DNA of 25,892 nt from a virus (taxonomy: Duplodnaviria; Heunggongvirae; Uroviricota; Caudoviricetes), in IMG/VR virus record IMGVR_UViG_2734482557_000001; one strand, written 5' to 3'. Positions 11,706-21,403 of the stretch are shown piece by piece (position 1 is the stretch's first letter; each line of letters opens with the position of its first letter). The notes beneath the pieces are model-generated. The model had not been told where the DNA came from. It searched no databases and saw only the letters and a list, made by a program, of their open reading frames with translations. Position numbers and translations under genes: made by a program.

Positions 11706-14259
11706 ACCGGTAGGCGATCTGGTCGTTGATTTGAGTCTGGATGCGGCCAGATTTGACGAGCAGATGGCCAGAGTCAGGCGTCATTTTTCCGGTACGGAAA
11801 GTGATGCGAAAAAAACAGCGGCAGTCGTTGAACAGTCGCTGAGCCGACAGGCGCTGGCTGCACAGAAAGCGGGGATTTCCGTCGGGCAGTATAAAGCCGC
11901 CATGCGTATGCTGCCTGCACAGTTCACCGACGTGGCCACGCAGCTTGCAGGGGGGCAGAATCCCTGGCTGATCCTGCTGCAACAGGGTGGTCAGGTTAAG
12001 GACTCCTTCGGCGGGATGATCCCCATGTTCAGGGGGCTTGCCGGCGCGATCACCCTGCCGATGGTGGGGGCCACCTCGCTGGCGGTGGCGACCGGTGCGC
12101 TGGCGTATGCCTGGTATCAGGGCAACTCAACCCTGTCCGATTTCAACAAAACGCTGGTCCTTTCCGGTAATCAGGCGGGACTGACGGCAGATCGTATGCT
12201 GGTCCTGTCCAGAGCCGGGCAGGCGGCAGGGCTGACGTTTAACCAGACCAGCGAGTCACTCAGCGCACTGGTTAAGGCGGGGGTAAGCGGTGAGGCTCAG
12301 ATTGCGTCCATCAGCCAGAGTGTGGCGCGTTTCTCCTATGCATCCGGCGTGGAGGTGGACAAGGTCGCTGAAGCCTTCGGGAAGCTGACCACAGACCCGA
12401 CGTCGGGGCTGACGGCGATGGCACGCCAGTTCCATAACGTGACGGCGGAGCAGATTGCGTATGTTGCTCAGTTGCAGCGTTCCGGCGATGAAGCCGGGGC
12501 ATTGCAGGCGGCGAACGAGGCCGCAACGAAAGGGTTTGATGACCAGACCCGCCGCCTGAAAGAGAACATGGGCACGCTGGAGACCTGGGCAGACAGGACT
12601 GCACGTGCATTCAAATCCATGTGGGATGCGGTGCTGGATATTGGTCGTCCTGATACCGCGCAGGAGATGCTGATTAAGGCAGAGGCTGCGTTTAAGAAAG
12701 CAGACGACATCTGGAATCTGCGCAAGGATGATTATTTCGTTAACGATGAAGCACGGGCGCGTTACTGGGATGATCGTGAAAAAAAACGCCTGGAGCGGGA
12801 TGCAGCCCAAAAGAGGGTAGATCAACAGCGTCAACAGGACAAAAATGCGCAGCAGCAGAGCGATACCGAAGCGTCACGGCTGAAATATACCGAAGAGGCG
12901 CAGAAGGCTTACGAACGGCTGCAGACGCCGCTGGAGAAATATACCGCCCGTCAGGAAGAACTGAACAAGGCACTGAAAGACGGAAAAATCCTGCAGGCAG
13001 ATTACAACACGCTGATGGCGGCGGCGAAAAAGGATTATGAAGCGACGCTGAAAAAGCCGAAACAGTCCGGCGTGAAGGTGTATGCGGGCGATCGTCAGGA
13101 AGACAGTGCTCATGCGGCCCTGCTGACGCTTCAGGCAGAACTCCGGACGCTGGAGAAGCATGCCGGAGCGAATGAGAAAATCAGCCAGCAGCGCCGGGAT
13201 TTGTGGAAGGCAGAAAGTCAGTTCGCGGTACTGGAGGAGGCGGCACAACGTCGCCAGCTGTCCGCACAGGAGAAATCCCTGCTGGCGCATAAAGACGAGA
13301 CGCTGGAGTACAAACGCCAGCTGGCTGCACTTGGTGACAAGGTTACGTATCAGGAGCACCTGAATGCGCTGGCGCAGCAGGCGGATAAATTCGCACAGCA
13401 GCAACGGGCAAAACGGGCAGCCATTGATGCGAAAAACCGGGGGCTGACTGACCGGCAGGCAGCGCGGGAAGCCACGGAACAGCGCCTGAAGGAACAGTAT
13501 GGCGATAATCCTCTGGCGCTGAATAACGTCATGTCAGAGCAGAAAAAGACCTGGGCGGCTGAAGACCAGCTTCGCGGGAGCTGGATGGCAGGCCTGAAGT
13601 CCGGCTGGAGTGAGTGGGAAGAGAGCGCCACGGACAGTATGTCACAGGTTAAAAGTGCAGCCACGCAGACCTTTGATGGTATTGCACAGAATATGGCGGC
13701 GATGCTGACCGGCAGTGAACAGAACTGGCGCAGCTTCACCCGCTCCGTGCTGTCCATGATGACAGAAATTCTGCTTAAGCAGGCAATGGTGGGGATTGTC
13801 GGGAGTATCGGCAGCGCCATTGGCGGGGCTGTTGGTGGCGGCGCATCCGCGTCAGGTGGTACAGCCATTCAGGCCGCTGCGGTGAAATTCCATTTTGCAA
13901 CCGGGGGATTTACGGGAACCGGCGGCAAATATGAGCCAGCGGGGATTGTTCACCGTGGTGAATTTGTCTTCACGAAGGAGGCAACCAGCCGGATTGGCGT
14001 GGGGAATCTCTACCGGCTGATGCGCGGCTATGCGGAAGGTGGTTATGTGGGCGGTGCCGGAAGTCCGGCGCAGATGCGGCGGGCTGAAGGCATTAATTTT
14101 AATCAGAACAATCACGTGGTGATTCAGAACGACGGTACGAATGGTCTGCCAGGTCCACAGATGATGAAGGCCGTGTATGACATGGCCCGCAAGGGTGCCC
14201 GTGATGAAATTCAGACACAGATGCGTGATGGTGGCCTGTTCTCCGGAGGTGGACGATGA
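11698..14259 (+). CDS. H: tail tape measure protein gpH
   Basis: 853 aa MAEPVGDLVVDLSLDAARFDEQMARVRRHFSGTESDAKKTAAVVEQSLSRQALAAQKAGISVGQYKAAM...; lambda H-like along its length. Confidence 0.97.
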   Translation: MAEPVGDLVVDLSLDAARFDEQMARVRRHFSGTESDAKKTAAVVEQSLSRQALAAQKAGISVGQYKAAMRMLPAQFTDVATQLAGGQNPWLILLQQGGQVKDSFGGMIPMFRGLAGAITLPMVGATSLAVATGALAYAWYQGNSTLSDFNKTLVLSGNQAGLTADRMLVLSRAGQAAGLTFNQTSESLSALVKAGVSGEAQIASISQSVARFSYASGVEVDKVAEAFGKLTTDPTSGLTAMARQFHNVTAEQIAYVAQLQRSGDEAGALQAANEAATKGFDDQTRRLKENMGTLETWADRTARAFKSMWDAVLDIGRPDTAQEMLIKAEAAFKKADDIWNLRKDDYFVNDEARARYWDDREKKRLERDAAQKRVDQQRQQDKNAQQQSDTEASRLKYTEEAQKAYERLQTPLEKYTARQEELNKALKDGKILQADYNTLMAAAKKDYEATLKKPKQSGVKVYAGDRQEDSAHAALLTLQAELRTLEKHAGANEKISQQRRDLWKAESQFAVLEEAAQRRQLSAQEKSLLAHKDETLEYKRQLAALGDKVTYQEHLNALAQQADKFAQQQRAKRAAIDAKNRGLTDRQAAREATEQRLKEQYGDNPLALNNVMSEQKKTWAAEDQLRGSWMAGLKSGWSEWEESATDSMSQVKSAATQTFDGIAQNMAAMLTGSEQNWRSFTRSVLSMMTEILLKQAMVGIVGSIGSAIGGAVGGGASASGGTAIQAAAVKFHFATGGFTGTGGKYEPAGIVHRGEFVFTKEATSRIGVGNLYRLMRGYAEGGYVGGAGSPAQMRRAEGINFNQNNHVVIQNDGTNGLPGPQMMKAVYDMARKGARDEIQTQMRDGGLFSGGGR

Positions 14260-14585
14260 AAACCTTCCGCTGGAAAGTGAAACCCGGTATGGATGTGGCT
14301 TCGGCCCCTTCTGTAAGAAAGGTGCGCTTTGGTGATGGCTATTCCCAGCGAGCGCCTGCCGGGCTGAATGCCAACCTGAAAACGTACAGCGTGACGCTTT
14401 CTGTCCCCCGTGAGGAGGCCATGGTACTGGAGTCGTTTCTGGAAGAGCACGGGGGCTGGAAAGCCTTTCTGTGGACGCCGCCTTATGAGTGGCGGCAGAT
14501 AAAGGTGACCTGCGCAAAATGGTCGTCGCGGGTCAGTATGCTGCGTGTTGAGTTCAGCGCAGAGTTTGAACAGGTGGTGAACTGA
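14256..14585 (+). CDS. M: tail tip assembly protein gpM
   Basis: 109 aa MKTFRWKVKPGMDVASAPSVRKVRFGDGYSQRAPAGLNANLKTYSVTLSVPREE...; lambda M-like. Confidence 0.95.
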   Translation: MKTFRWKVKPGMDVASAPSVRKVRFGDGYSQRAPAGLNANLKTYSVTLSVPREEAMVLESFLEEHGGWKAFLWTPPYEWRQIKVTCAKWSSRVSMLRVEFSAEFEQVVN

Positions 14586-15172
14586 TGCAGGATATCCGGC
14601 AGGAAACACTGAATGAATGCACCCGTGCGGAGCAGTCGGCCAGCGTGGTGCTCTGGGAAATCGATCTGACAGAGGTCGGTGGAGAACGTTATTTTTTCTG
14701 TAATGAGCAGAACGAAAAAGGTGAGCCGGTCACCTGGCAGGGGCGACAGTATCAGCCGTATCCCATTCAGGGGAGTGGTTTTGAACTGAATGGCAAAGGC
14801 ACCAGTACGCGCCCCACGCTGATGGTTTCTAACCTGTACGGTATGGTCACCGGGATGGCGGAAGATCTACAGAGTCTGGTCGGCGGAACGGTGGTCCGGC
14901 GTAAGGTTTACGCCCGTTTTCTGGATGCGGTGAACTTCGTCAACGGAAACAGTGACGCCGATCCGGAGCAGGAGGTGATCAGCCGCTGGCGCATTGAGCA
15001 GTGCAGCGAACTGAGCGCGGTGAGTGCCTCTTTTGTACTGTCCACGCCGACGGAAACAGATGGCGCTGTTTTTCCGGGACGTATCATGCTGGCCAACACC
15101 TGCACCTGGACCTATCGCGGCGATGAGTGCGGTTATCACGGTCCGGCGGTCGCGGATGAATATGACCAGCCA
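14585..15172 (+). CDS. L: tail tip protein gpL (3' end lost in an N-run gap)
   Basis: MQDIRQETLNECTRAEQSASVVLWEIDLTEVGGERYFFCNEQNEKGEPVTWQGRQYQPYPIQGSGFELNGK... matches lambda L; the ORF runs into the N-run beginning at 15173. Confidence 0.9.
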
Positions 15173-15422
15173 NNNNNNNNNNNNNNNNNNNNNNNNNNNN
15201 NNNNNNNNNNNNNNNNNNNNNNNNNNNNNNNNNNNNNNNNNNNNNNNNNNNNNNNNNNNNNNNNNNNNNNNNNNNNNNNNNNNNNNNNNNNNNNNNNNNN
15301 NNNNNNNNNNNNNNNNNNNNNNNNNNNNNNNNNNNNNNNNNNNNNNNNNNNNNNNNNNNNNNNNNNNNNNNNNNNNNNNNNNNNNNNNNNNNNNNNNNNN
15401 NNNNNNNNNNNNNNNNNNNNNN
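15173..15422. other. assembly gap (250 N) spanning the L 3' end and K 5' end
   Basis: Run of N; flanks are in recognisable L and K frames. Confidence 0.99.
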
Positions 15423-16040
15423 CCGGAGGCGTATTTCCGTATGTCGCCGGAAGACTGGCTGCAGGCAGAGATGCAGGGTGAGATTGTGGCACTGGTCCAC
15501 AGCCACCCCGGTGGTCTGCCCTGGCTGAGTGAGGCCGACCGGCGGCTGCAGGTGCAGAGTGATTTGCCGTGGTGGCTGGTCTGCCGGGGGGCGATTCACA
15601 AGTTCCGCTGTGTGCCACATCTTACCGGGCGGCGCTTTGAGCACGGGGTGACGGACTGTTACACGCTGTTCCGGGATGCTTACCATCTGGCGGGGATTGA
15701 GATGCCGGATTTTCATCGTGAGGATGACTGGTGGCGTCACGGTCAGAATCTCTATCTGGATAATCTGGAGGCCACAGGGCTGTATCAGGTGCCGTTGTCA
15801 GCGGCGCAGCCGGGCGATGTGCTGCTGTGCTGTTTTGGTTCATCGGTGCCGAATCATGCCGCCATTTACTGTGGTGACGGCGAGCTGCTGCACCATATTC
15901 CTGAACAACTGAGCAAACGAGAGAGGTATACCGACAAATGGCAGCGACGCACACACTCCCTCTGGCGTCACCGGGCATGGCACGCATCTGCCTTTACGGG
16001 GATTTGCAACGATTTGGCCGCCGCATCGACCTTCGTGTGA
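15423..16040 (+). CDS. K: tail tip assembly protein gpK (5' end lost in an N-run gap)
   Basis: After the gap the frame reads PEAYFRMSPEDWLQAEMQGEIVALVHSHPGGLPWLSEADRRLQVQSDLPWWLVCRG..., matching lambda K; the start codon is within the Ns. Confidence 0.9.
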   Translation, partial: PEAYFRMSPEDWLQAEMQGEIVALVHSHPGGLPWLSEADRRLQVQSDLPWWLVCRGAIHKFRCVPHLTGRRFEHGVTDCYTLFRDAYHLAGIEMPDFHREDDWWRHGQNLYLDNLEATGLYQVPLSAAQPGDVLLCCFGSSVPNHAAIYCGDGELLHHIPEQLSKRERYTDKWQRRTHSLWRHRAWHASAFTGICNDLAAASTFV

Positions 16041-16609
16041 AAACGGGTGCCGAAGCCATCCGGGCGATGGCCACACAGCTCCCTGCGTTTCGTCAGAAGC
16101 TGAGCGACGGCTGGTATCAGGTGCGTATTGCCGGGCAGGATGTTAGCACGTCCGGATTAACGGCACAGTTACATGAGGCTCTGCCTGACGGCGCTGTGAT
16201 TCATATTGTTCCCAGAGTCGCCGGGGCCAAGTCAGGTGGTGTATTCCAGATTGTCCTGGGAGCAGCCGCCATTGCCGGATCATTCTTTACCGCCGGAGCC
16301 ACCCTTGCAGCATGGGGGGCTGCCATTGGTGCCGGTGGTATGACCGGCATTCTGTTTTCTCTCGGTGCCAGTATGGTGCTCGGCGGTGTGGCTCAGATGC
16401 TGGCACCGAAAGCCAGAACTCCCCGCACACAGACAACGGATAACGGTAAGCAGAACACCTATTTCTCCTCACTGGATAACATGGTTGCCCAGGGCAATGT
16501 TATGCCTGTTCTGTATGGTGAAATGCGCGTGGGGTCACGTGTGGTATCTCAGGAGATCAGCACGGCAGACGAAGGGGACGGTGGTCAGGTTGTGGTGATT
16601 GGTCGCTGA
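15938..16609 (+). CDS. I: tail assembly protein gpI
   Basis: 223 aa MAATHTLPLASPGMARICLYGDLQRFGRRIDLRVKTGAEAIRAMATQLPAFRQKLSDGWYQVRIAG...; overlaps the K 3' end as in lambda. Confidence 0.95.
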   Translation: MAATHTLPLASPGMARICLYGDLQRFGRRIDLRVKTGAEAIRAMATQLPAFRQKLSDGWYQVRIAGQDVSTSGLTAQLHEALPDGAVIHIVPRVAGAKSGGVFQIVLGAAAIAGSFFTAGATLAAWGAAIGAGGMTGILFSLGASMVLGGVAQMLAPKARTPRTQTTDNGKQNTYFSSLDNMVAQGNVMPVLYGEMRVGSRVVSQEISTADEGDGGQVVVIGR

Positions 16610-16669
16610 TGCAAAATGTTTTATGTGAAATCGCCTCCGGGCGGTTTTATCGTTTATGGAGCATGACGA

Positions 16670-19600
16670 ATGGGTAAAGGCAGCAGTAAGGGGCATACCC
16701 CGCGCGAAGCGAAGGACAACCTGAAGTCCACGCAGCTGCTGAGTGTGATCGATGCCATCAGCGAAGGGCCGGTTGAAGGTCCGGTGGATGGATTAAAAAG
16801 CGTGCTGCTGAACAGTACGCCGGTGCTGGACAATGAGGGGAATACCAACATCTCCGGCGTCACGGTGGTGTTCCGGGCAGGTGAGCAGGAGCAGTCACCG
16901 CCGGAGGGGTTTGAATCCTCCGGCTCCGAGACGGTGCTGGGTACGGAAGTGAAATATGACACGCCGATCACCCGGACCATCACGTCGGCAAACATCGACC
17001 GTCTGCGCTTTACCTTCGGTGTACAGGCACTGGTGGAAACCACCTCAAAGGGAGACAGGAATCCGTCGGAAGTCCGCCTGCTGGTTCAGATACAGCGTAA
17101 CGGTGGCTGGGTGACGGAAAAAGACATCACCATTAAGGGCAAAACCACCTCGCAGTATCTGGTCTCGGTGNNNNNNNNNNNNNNNNNNNNNNNNNNNNNN
17201 NNNNNNNNNNNNNNNNNNNNNNNNNNNNNNNNNNNNNNNNNNNNNNNNNNNNNNNNNNNNNNNNNNNNNNNNNNNNNNNNNNNNNNNNNNNNNNNNNNNN
17301 NNNNNNNNNNNNNNNNNNNNNNNNNNNNNNNNNNNNNNNNNNNNNNNNNNNNNNNNNNNNNNNNNNNNNNNNNNNNNNNNNNNNNNNNNNNNNNNNNNNN
17401 NNNNNNNNNNNNNGGGTGACGGAAAAAGACATCACCATTAAGGGCAAAACCACCTCGCAGTATCTGGCCTCGGTGGTGGTGGATAACCTGCCGCCGCGCC
17501 CGTTTAATATCCGGATGCGCAGAATGACGCCGGACAGCACCACAGACCAGCTGCAGAACAAAACGCTCTGGTCGTCATACACCGAAATCATCGATGTGAA
17601 ACAGTGCTACCCGAACACGGCACTGGTCGGCGTACAGGTGGATTCGGAGCAGTTCGGCAGCCAGCAGGTGAGCCGTAATTATCATCTTCGCGGGCGCATT
17701 CTGCAGGTGCCGTCGAACTATAATCCGCAGACGCGGCAATACAGCGGTATCTGGGACGGAACGTTAAAACCGGCATACAGCAACAACATGGCCTGGTGTC
17801 TGTGGGATATGCTGACCCATCCGCGCTATGGCATGGGGAAACGTCTTGGTGCGGCAGATGTGGATAAATGGGCGCTGTATGTCATCGGCCAGTACTGTGA
17901 CCAGNNNNNNNNNNNNNNNNNNNNNNNNNNNNNNNNNNNNNNNNNNNNNNNNNNNNNNNNNNNNNNNNNNNNNNNNNNNNNNNNNNNNNNNNNNNNNNNN
18001 NNNNNNNNNNNNNNNNNNNNNNNNNNNNNNNNNNNNNNNNNNNNNNNNNNNNNNNNNNNNNNNNNNNNNNNNNNNNNNNNNNNNNNNNNNNNNNNNNNNN
18101 NNNNNNNNNNNNNNNNNNNNNNNNNNNNNNNNNNNNNNNNNNNNNNNNNNNNNNNNNNNNNNNNNNNNNNNNNNNNNNNNNNNNNNNNNNNNNNNNNNNN
18201 NNNNNNACTGGATTGACCCGGATAACGGCTGGGAGACGGCGACAGAGCTTGTGGAGGATACGCAGGCCATTGTCCGTTACGGTCGTAACGTCACGAAGAT
18301 GGATGCCTTTGGCTGTACCAGCCGGGGGCAGGCACACCGCGCCGGGCTGTGGCTGATTAAAACGGAACTGCTGGAGACGCAGACCGTGGATTTCAGCGTG
18401 GGTGCTGAAGGGCTTCGTCATGTACCGGGCGATGTCATTGAAATCTGCGATGATGACTATGCCGGTATCCGCACCGGCGGGCGCGTGCTGGCGGTGAACA
18501 GCCAGACCCGGACGCTGACGCTCGACCGTGAAATCACGCTGCCATCCTCCGGCACCACGCTGATAAGCCTGGTTGACGGGCAGGGGAATCCGGTCAGCGT
18601 GGAGGTCCAGTCCGTCACCGACGGCGTGAAGGTAAAAGTGAGCCGTGTTCCTGACGGTGTTGCTGAATACAGCGTGTGGGGGCTGAAGCTGCCGACGCTG
18701 CACCAGCGATTGTTCCGCTGCGTGNNNNNNNNNNNNNNNNNNNNNNNNNNNNNNNNNNNNNNNNNNNNNNNNNNNNNNNNNNNNNNNNNNNNNNNNNNNN
18801 NNNNNNNNNNNNNNNNNNNNNNNNNNNNNNNNNNNNNNNNNNNNNNNNNNNNNNNNNNNNNNNNNNNNNNNNNNNNNNNNNNNNNNNNNNNNNNNNNNNN
18901 NNNNNNNNNNNNNNNNNNNNNNNNNNNNNNNNNNNNNNNNNNNNNNNNNNNNNNNNNNNNNNNNNNNNNNNNNNNNNNNNNNNNNNNNNNNNNNNNNNNN
19001 NNNNNNNNNNNNNNNNNNNNNNNNNNNNNNGCTGACAGTCCGGGCAGTAAATGCGTGGGGGCAGCAGGGCGATCCGGCGTCGGTATCGTTCCGGATTGCC
19101 GCACCGGCAGCGCTGTCGCGGATTGAGCTGACGCCGGGCTATTTTCAGATAACCGCCACGCCGCATCTTGCGGTTTATGATCCGACGGTACAGTTTGAGT
19201 TCTGGTTCTCGGAAAAGCGGATTGCGGATATCAGGCAGGTTGAAACCACAGCACGCTATCTTGGCACGGCGCTGTACTGGATAGCCGCCAGTATCAATAT
19301 CAAACCGGGCCATGATTATTACTTTTATATCCGCAGTGTGAACACCGTTGGCAAATCGGCATTCGTGGAGGCTGTTGGTCAGCCGAGTGATGATGCATCC
19401 GGTTATCTGGATTTTTTCAAAGGCGAGATAGGGAAAACCCATCTGGCTCAGGAGCTGTGGACGCAGATTGATAACGGTCAGCTTGCGCCTGACCTGGCTG
19501 AAATCAGGACGTCCATTACGGATGTCAGCAATGAAATCACGCAGACCGTCAATAAGAAACTGGAAGACCAGAGTGCGGCAATTCAGCAGATACAGAAGGT

Positions 19601-20462
19601 TCAGGTTGATACAAATAATAACCTGAACAGCATGTGGGCTGTGAAGCTGCAGCAGATGCAGGACGGACGCCTTTATATCGCGGGTATTGGTGCCGGTATT
19701 GAGAACACCCCTGACGGCATGCAGAGTCAGGTGCTGCTGGCGGCGGACAGGATTGCGATGGTTAATCCTGCGAATGGCAACACAAAACCGATGTTTGTTG
19801 GTCAGGGCGATCAGATATTCATGAACGACGTGTTCCTGAAACGCCTGACGGCCCCCACCATTACCAGCGGTGGAAATCCATCGGCATTTTCCCTGACTCC
19901 GGACGGAAAGCTGACCGCTAAAAATGCGGATATCAGTGGCAGTGTGAATGCGAACGCCGGGACGCTCAACAATGTCACGGTAAATGAAAACTGTACGATT
20001 AAGGGCATGCTGGAGGCGACTCAGGTCAGAGGTGACTTCGTTAAAGCTGTATCCAAATCATTTCCGAAACAGGCTGGTACGTGGGGTAACACGGAAACAC
20101 CAAACGGGACGGTTACAGTCACCATAAGCGATGATCATAACTTTGACCGCCAGATTATTATTCCGCCCATTATTTTTAACGGTATAGCGTATGACGATCC
20201 GGGGAGCGGAAATAACCCAGGAGGCACGCGATACACGGGTTATGGTTTTGAAGTTCGCAAAAACGGCGTATTAATCGCATCCAGAGAAACTAAAGGTGCC
20301 ATTCCCGGTAGTTACAGTGCAGTTATTGATATGCCTAGTGGTGGTGGTAGCGTCACTCTGGAGTTTAAGATTTTCCAGAAAGGCAATCAGGGGGCAGGCA
20401 ATATCACCGACTGTACGGTGATTGTGACCAAAAAAGCGGCTTCCGGCATCAGTATTCGTTGA
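16670..20462 (+). CDS. J: central tail fibre / host specificity protein gpJ (three internal N-run gaps; C-terminal receptor-binding region diverged from lambda)
   Basis: N-terminus [54 protein letters not shown]... and internal segments match lambda J. The ORF is continuous in recognisable lambda J segments between gaps at 17171..17413, 17905..18206 and 18725..19030. Sequence after ...YLDFFKG departs from my recollection of lambda J. Confidence 0.92.
17171..17413. other. assembly gap (243 N) in J, flanked by a 62-nt direct duplication
   Basis: Run of N; 17109..17170 and 17414..17475 are identical except for one base. Confidence 0.99.
17905..18206. other. assembly gap (302 N) in J
   Basis: Run of N; the gap length does not preserve the J reading frame, so the size is an estimate. 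Confidence 0.99.
18725..19030. other. assembly gap (306 N) in J
   Basis: Run of N. Confidence 0.99.
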
Positions 20463-20484
20463 AATATTTATAACCCCAATAAAT

Positions 20485-20509
20485 GGCGTCAGGAATGACG
20501 CCTTTTTTA
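20485..20509 (+). terminator. intrinsic terminator downstream of J
   Basis: Hairpin GGCGTCA-GGAA-TGACGCC followed by TTTTTTA, read directly. Confidence 0.7.
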
Positions 20510-20532
20510 TTGCAGAAAAGCGAGAGGTAATT

Positions 20533-21339
20533 ATGCGTAAAGTTTGTGCAGCCATTTTGTCCGCAGCCATTTGCCTGGCCGTATCCGGTGCGCCTGCATG
20601 GGCGTCTGAACATCAGTCCACGCTGAGCGCGGGGTATCTTCATGCCCGGACCAACGTTCCCGGCAGTGATGATCTGAACGGGATTAACGTGAAATACCGT
20701 TATGAGTTTACGGATACGCTGGGGCTGGTGACGTCATTCAGCTATGCAGGAGACAAGAATCGCCAGCTGACCCGTTACAGCGATACCCGCTGGCATGAAG
20801 ATTCCGTTCGTAACCGCTGGTTCAGCGTAATGGCGGGGCCGTCTGTGCGCGTGAATGAATGGTTCAGCGCGTATGCGATGGCGGGTGTGGCTTACAGCCG
20901 TGTGTCGACTTTCTCCGGGGATTATCTCCGCGTAACTGACAACAAGGGGAAAACGCACGACGTGCTGACCGGAAGTGATGACGGTCGCCACAGCAACACG
21001 TCTCTGGCGTGGGGAGCTGGCGTGCAGTTTAACCCGACCGAATCCGTGGCCATTGATATTGCTTATGAAGGCNNNNNNNNNNNNNNNNNNNNNNNNNNNN
21101 NNNNNNNNNNNNNNNNNNNNNNNNNNNNNNNNNNNNNNNNNNNNNNNNNNNNNNNNNNNNNNNNNNNNNNNNNNNNNNNNNNNNNNNNNNNNNNNNNNNN
21201 NNNNNNNNNNNNNNNNNNNNNNNNNNNNNNNNNNNNNNNNNNNNNNNNNNNNNNNNNNNNNNNNNNNNNNNNNNNNNNNNNNNNNNNNNNNNNNNNNNNN
21301 NNNNNNNNNNNNNNNNNNNNNNTCGGTTATAAATTCTGA
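20533..21339 (+). CDS. lom: Lom outer-membrane protein (Ail/Lom/PagC family), interrupted by an N-run gap
   Basis: MRKVCAAILSAAICLAVSGAPAWASEHQSTLSAGYLHARTNVPGSDDLNGINVKYRYEFTDTLGLVTSFSYAGDKNRQ... matches lambda Lom including the signal peptide. After the gap the frame ends GYKF-stop as in Lom. GAGAGG Shine-Dalgarno upstream. Confidence 0.9.
   Translation: MRKVCAAILSAAICLAVSGAPAWASEHQSTLSAGYLHARTNVPGSDDLNGINVKYRYEFTDTLGLVTSFSYAGDKNRQLTRYSDTRWHEDSVRNRWFSVMAGPSVRVNEWFSAYAMAGVAYSRVSTFSGDYLRVTDNKGKTHDVLTGSDDGRHSNTSLAWGAGVQFNPTESVAIDIAYEGXXXXXXXXXXXXXXXXXXXXXXXXXXXXXXXXXXXXXXXXXXXXXXXXXXXXXXXXXXXXXXXXXXXXXXXXXXXXXXXXXXXXGYKF
21073..21322. other. assembly gap (250 N) in lom
   Basis: Run of N; a lambda-like Lom needs only about 45-60 nt here, so the N length is not the true length. 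Confidence 0.99.
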
Positions 21340-21365
21340 TTAGCCAGGTAACACAGTGTTATGAC

Positions 21366-21392
21366 AGCCCGCCGGTTCAGGCGGGCTTTTTT
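21366..21392 (+). terminator. intrinsic terminator downstream of lom
   Basis: Perfect 8-bp stem AGCCCGCC-GGTTCA-GGCGGGCT followed by TTTTTT. Confidence 0.8.
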
Positions 21393-21403
21393 GTGGGGTG
21401 AAT

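Noticed and set aside
15024-19442. ORF-track proteins containing long runs of X (for example 15024..16040, 15084..15740, 17764..18270, 17882..18703, 18457..19104, 18615..19442, 18676..19035)
   Set aside because: These arise from translating through N-run assembly gaps; the apparent ORF extents are artefacts.
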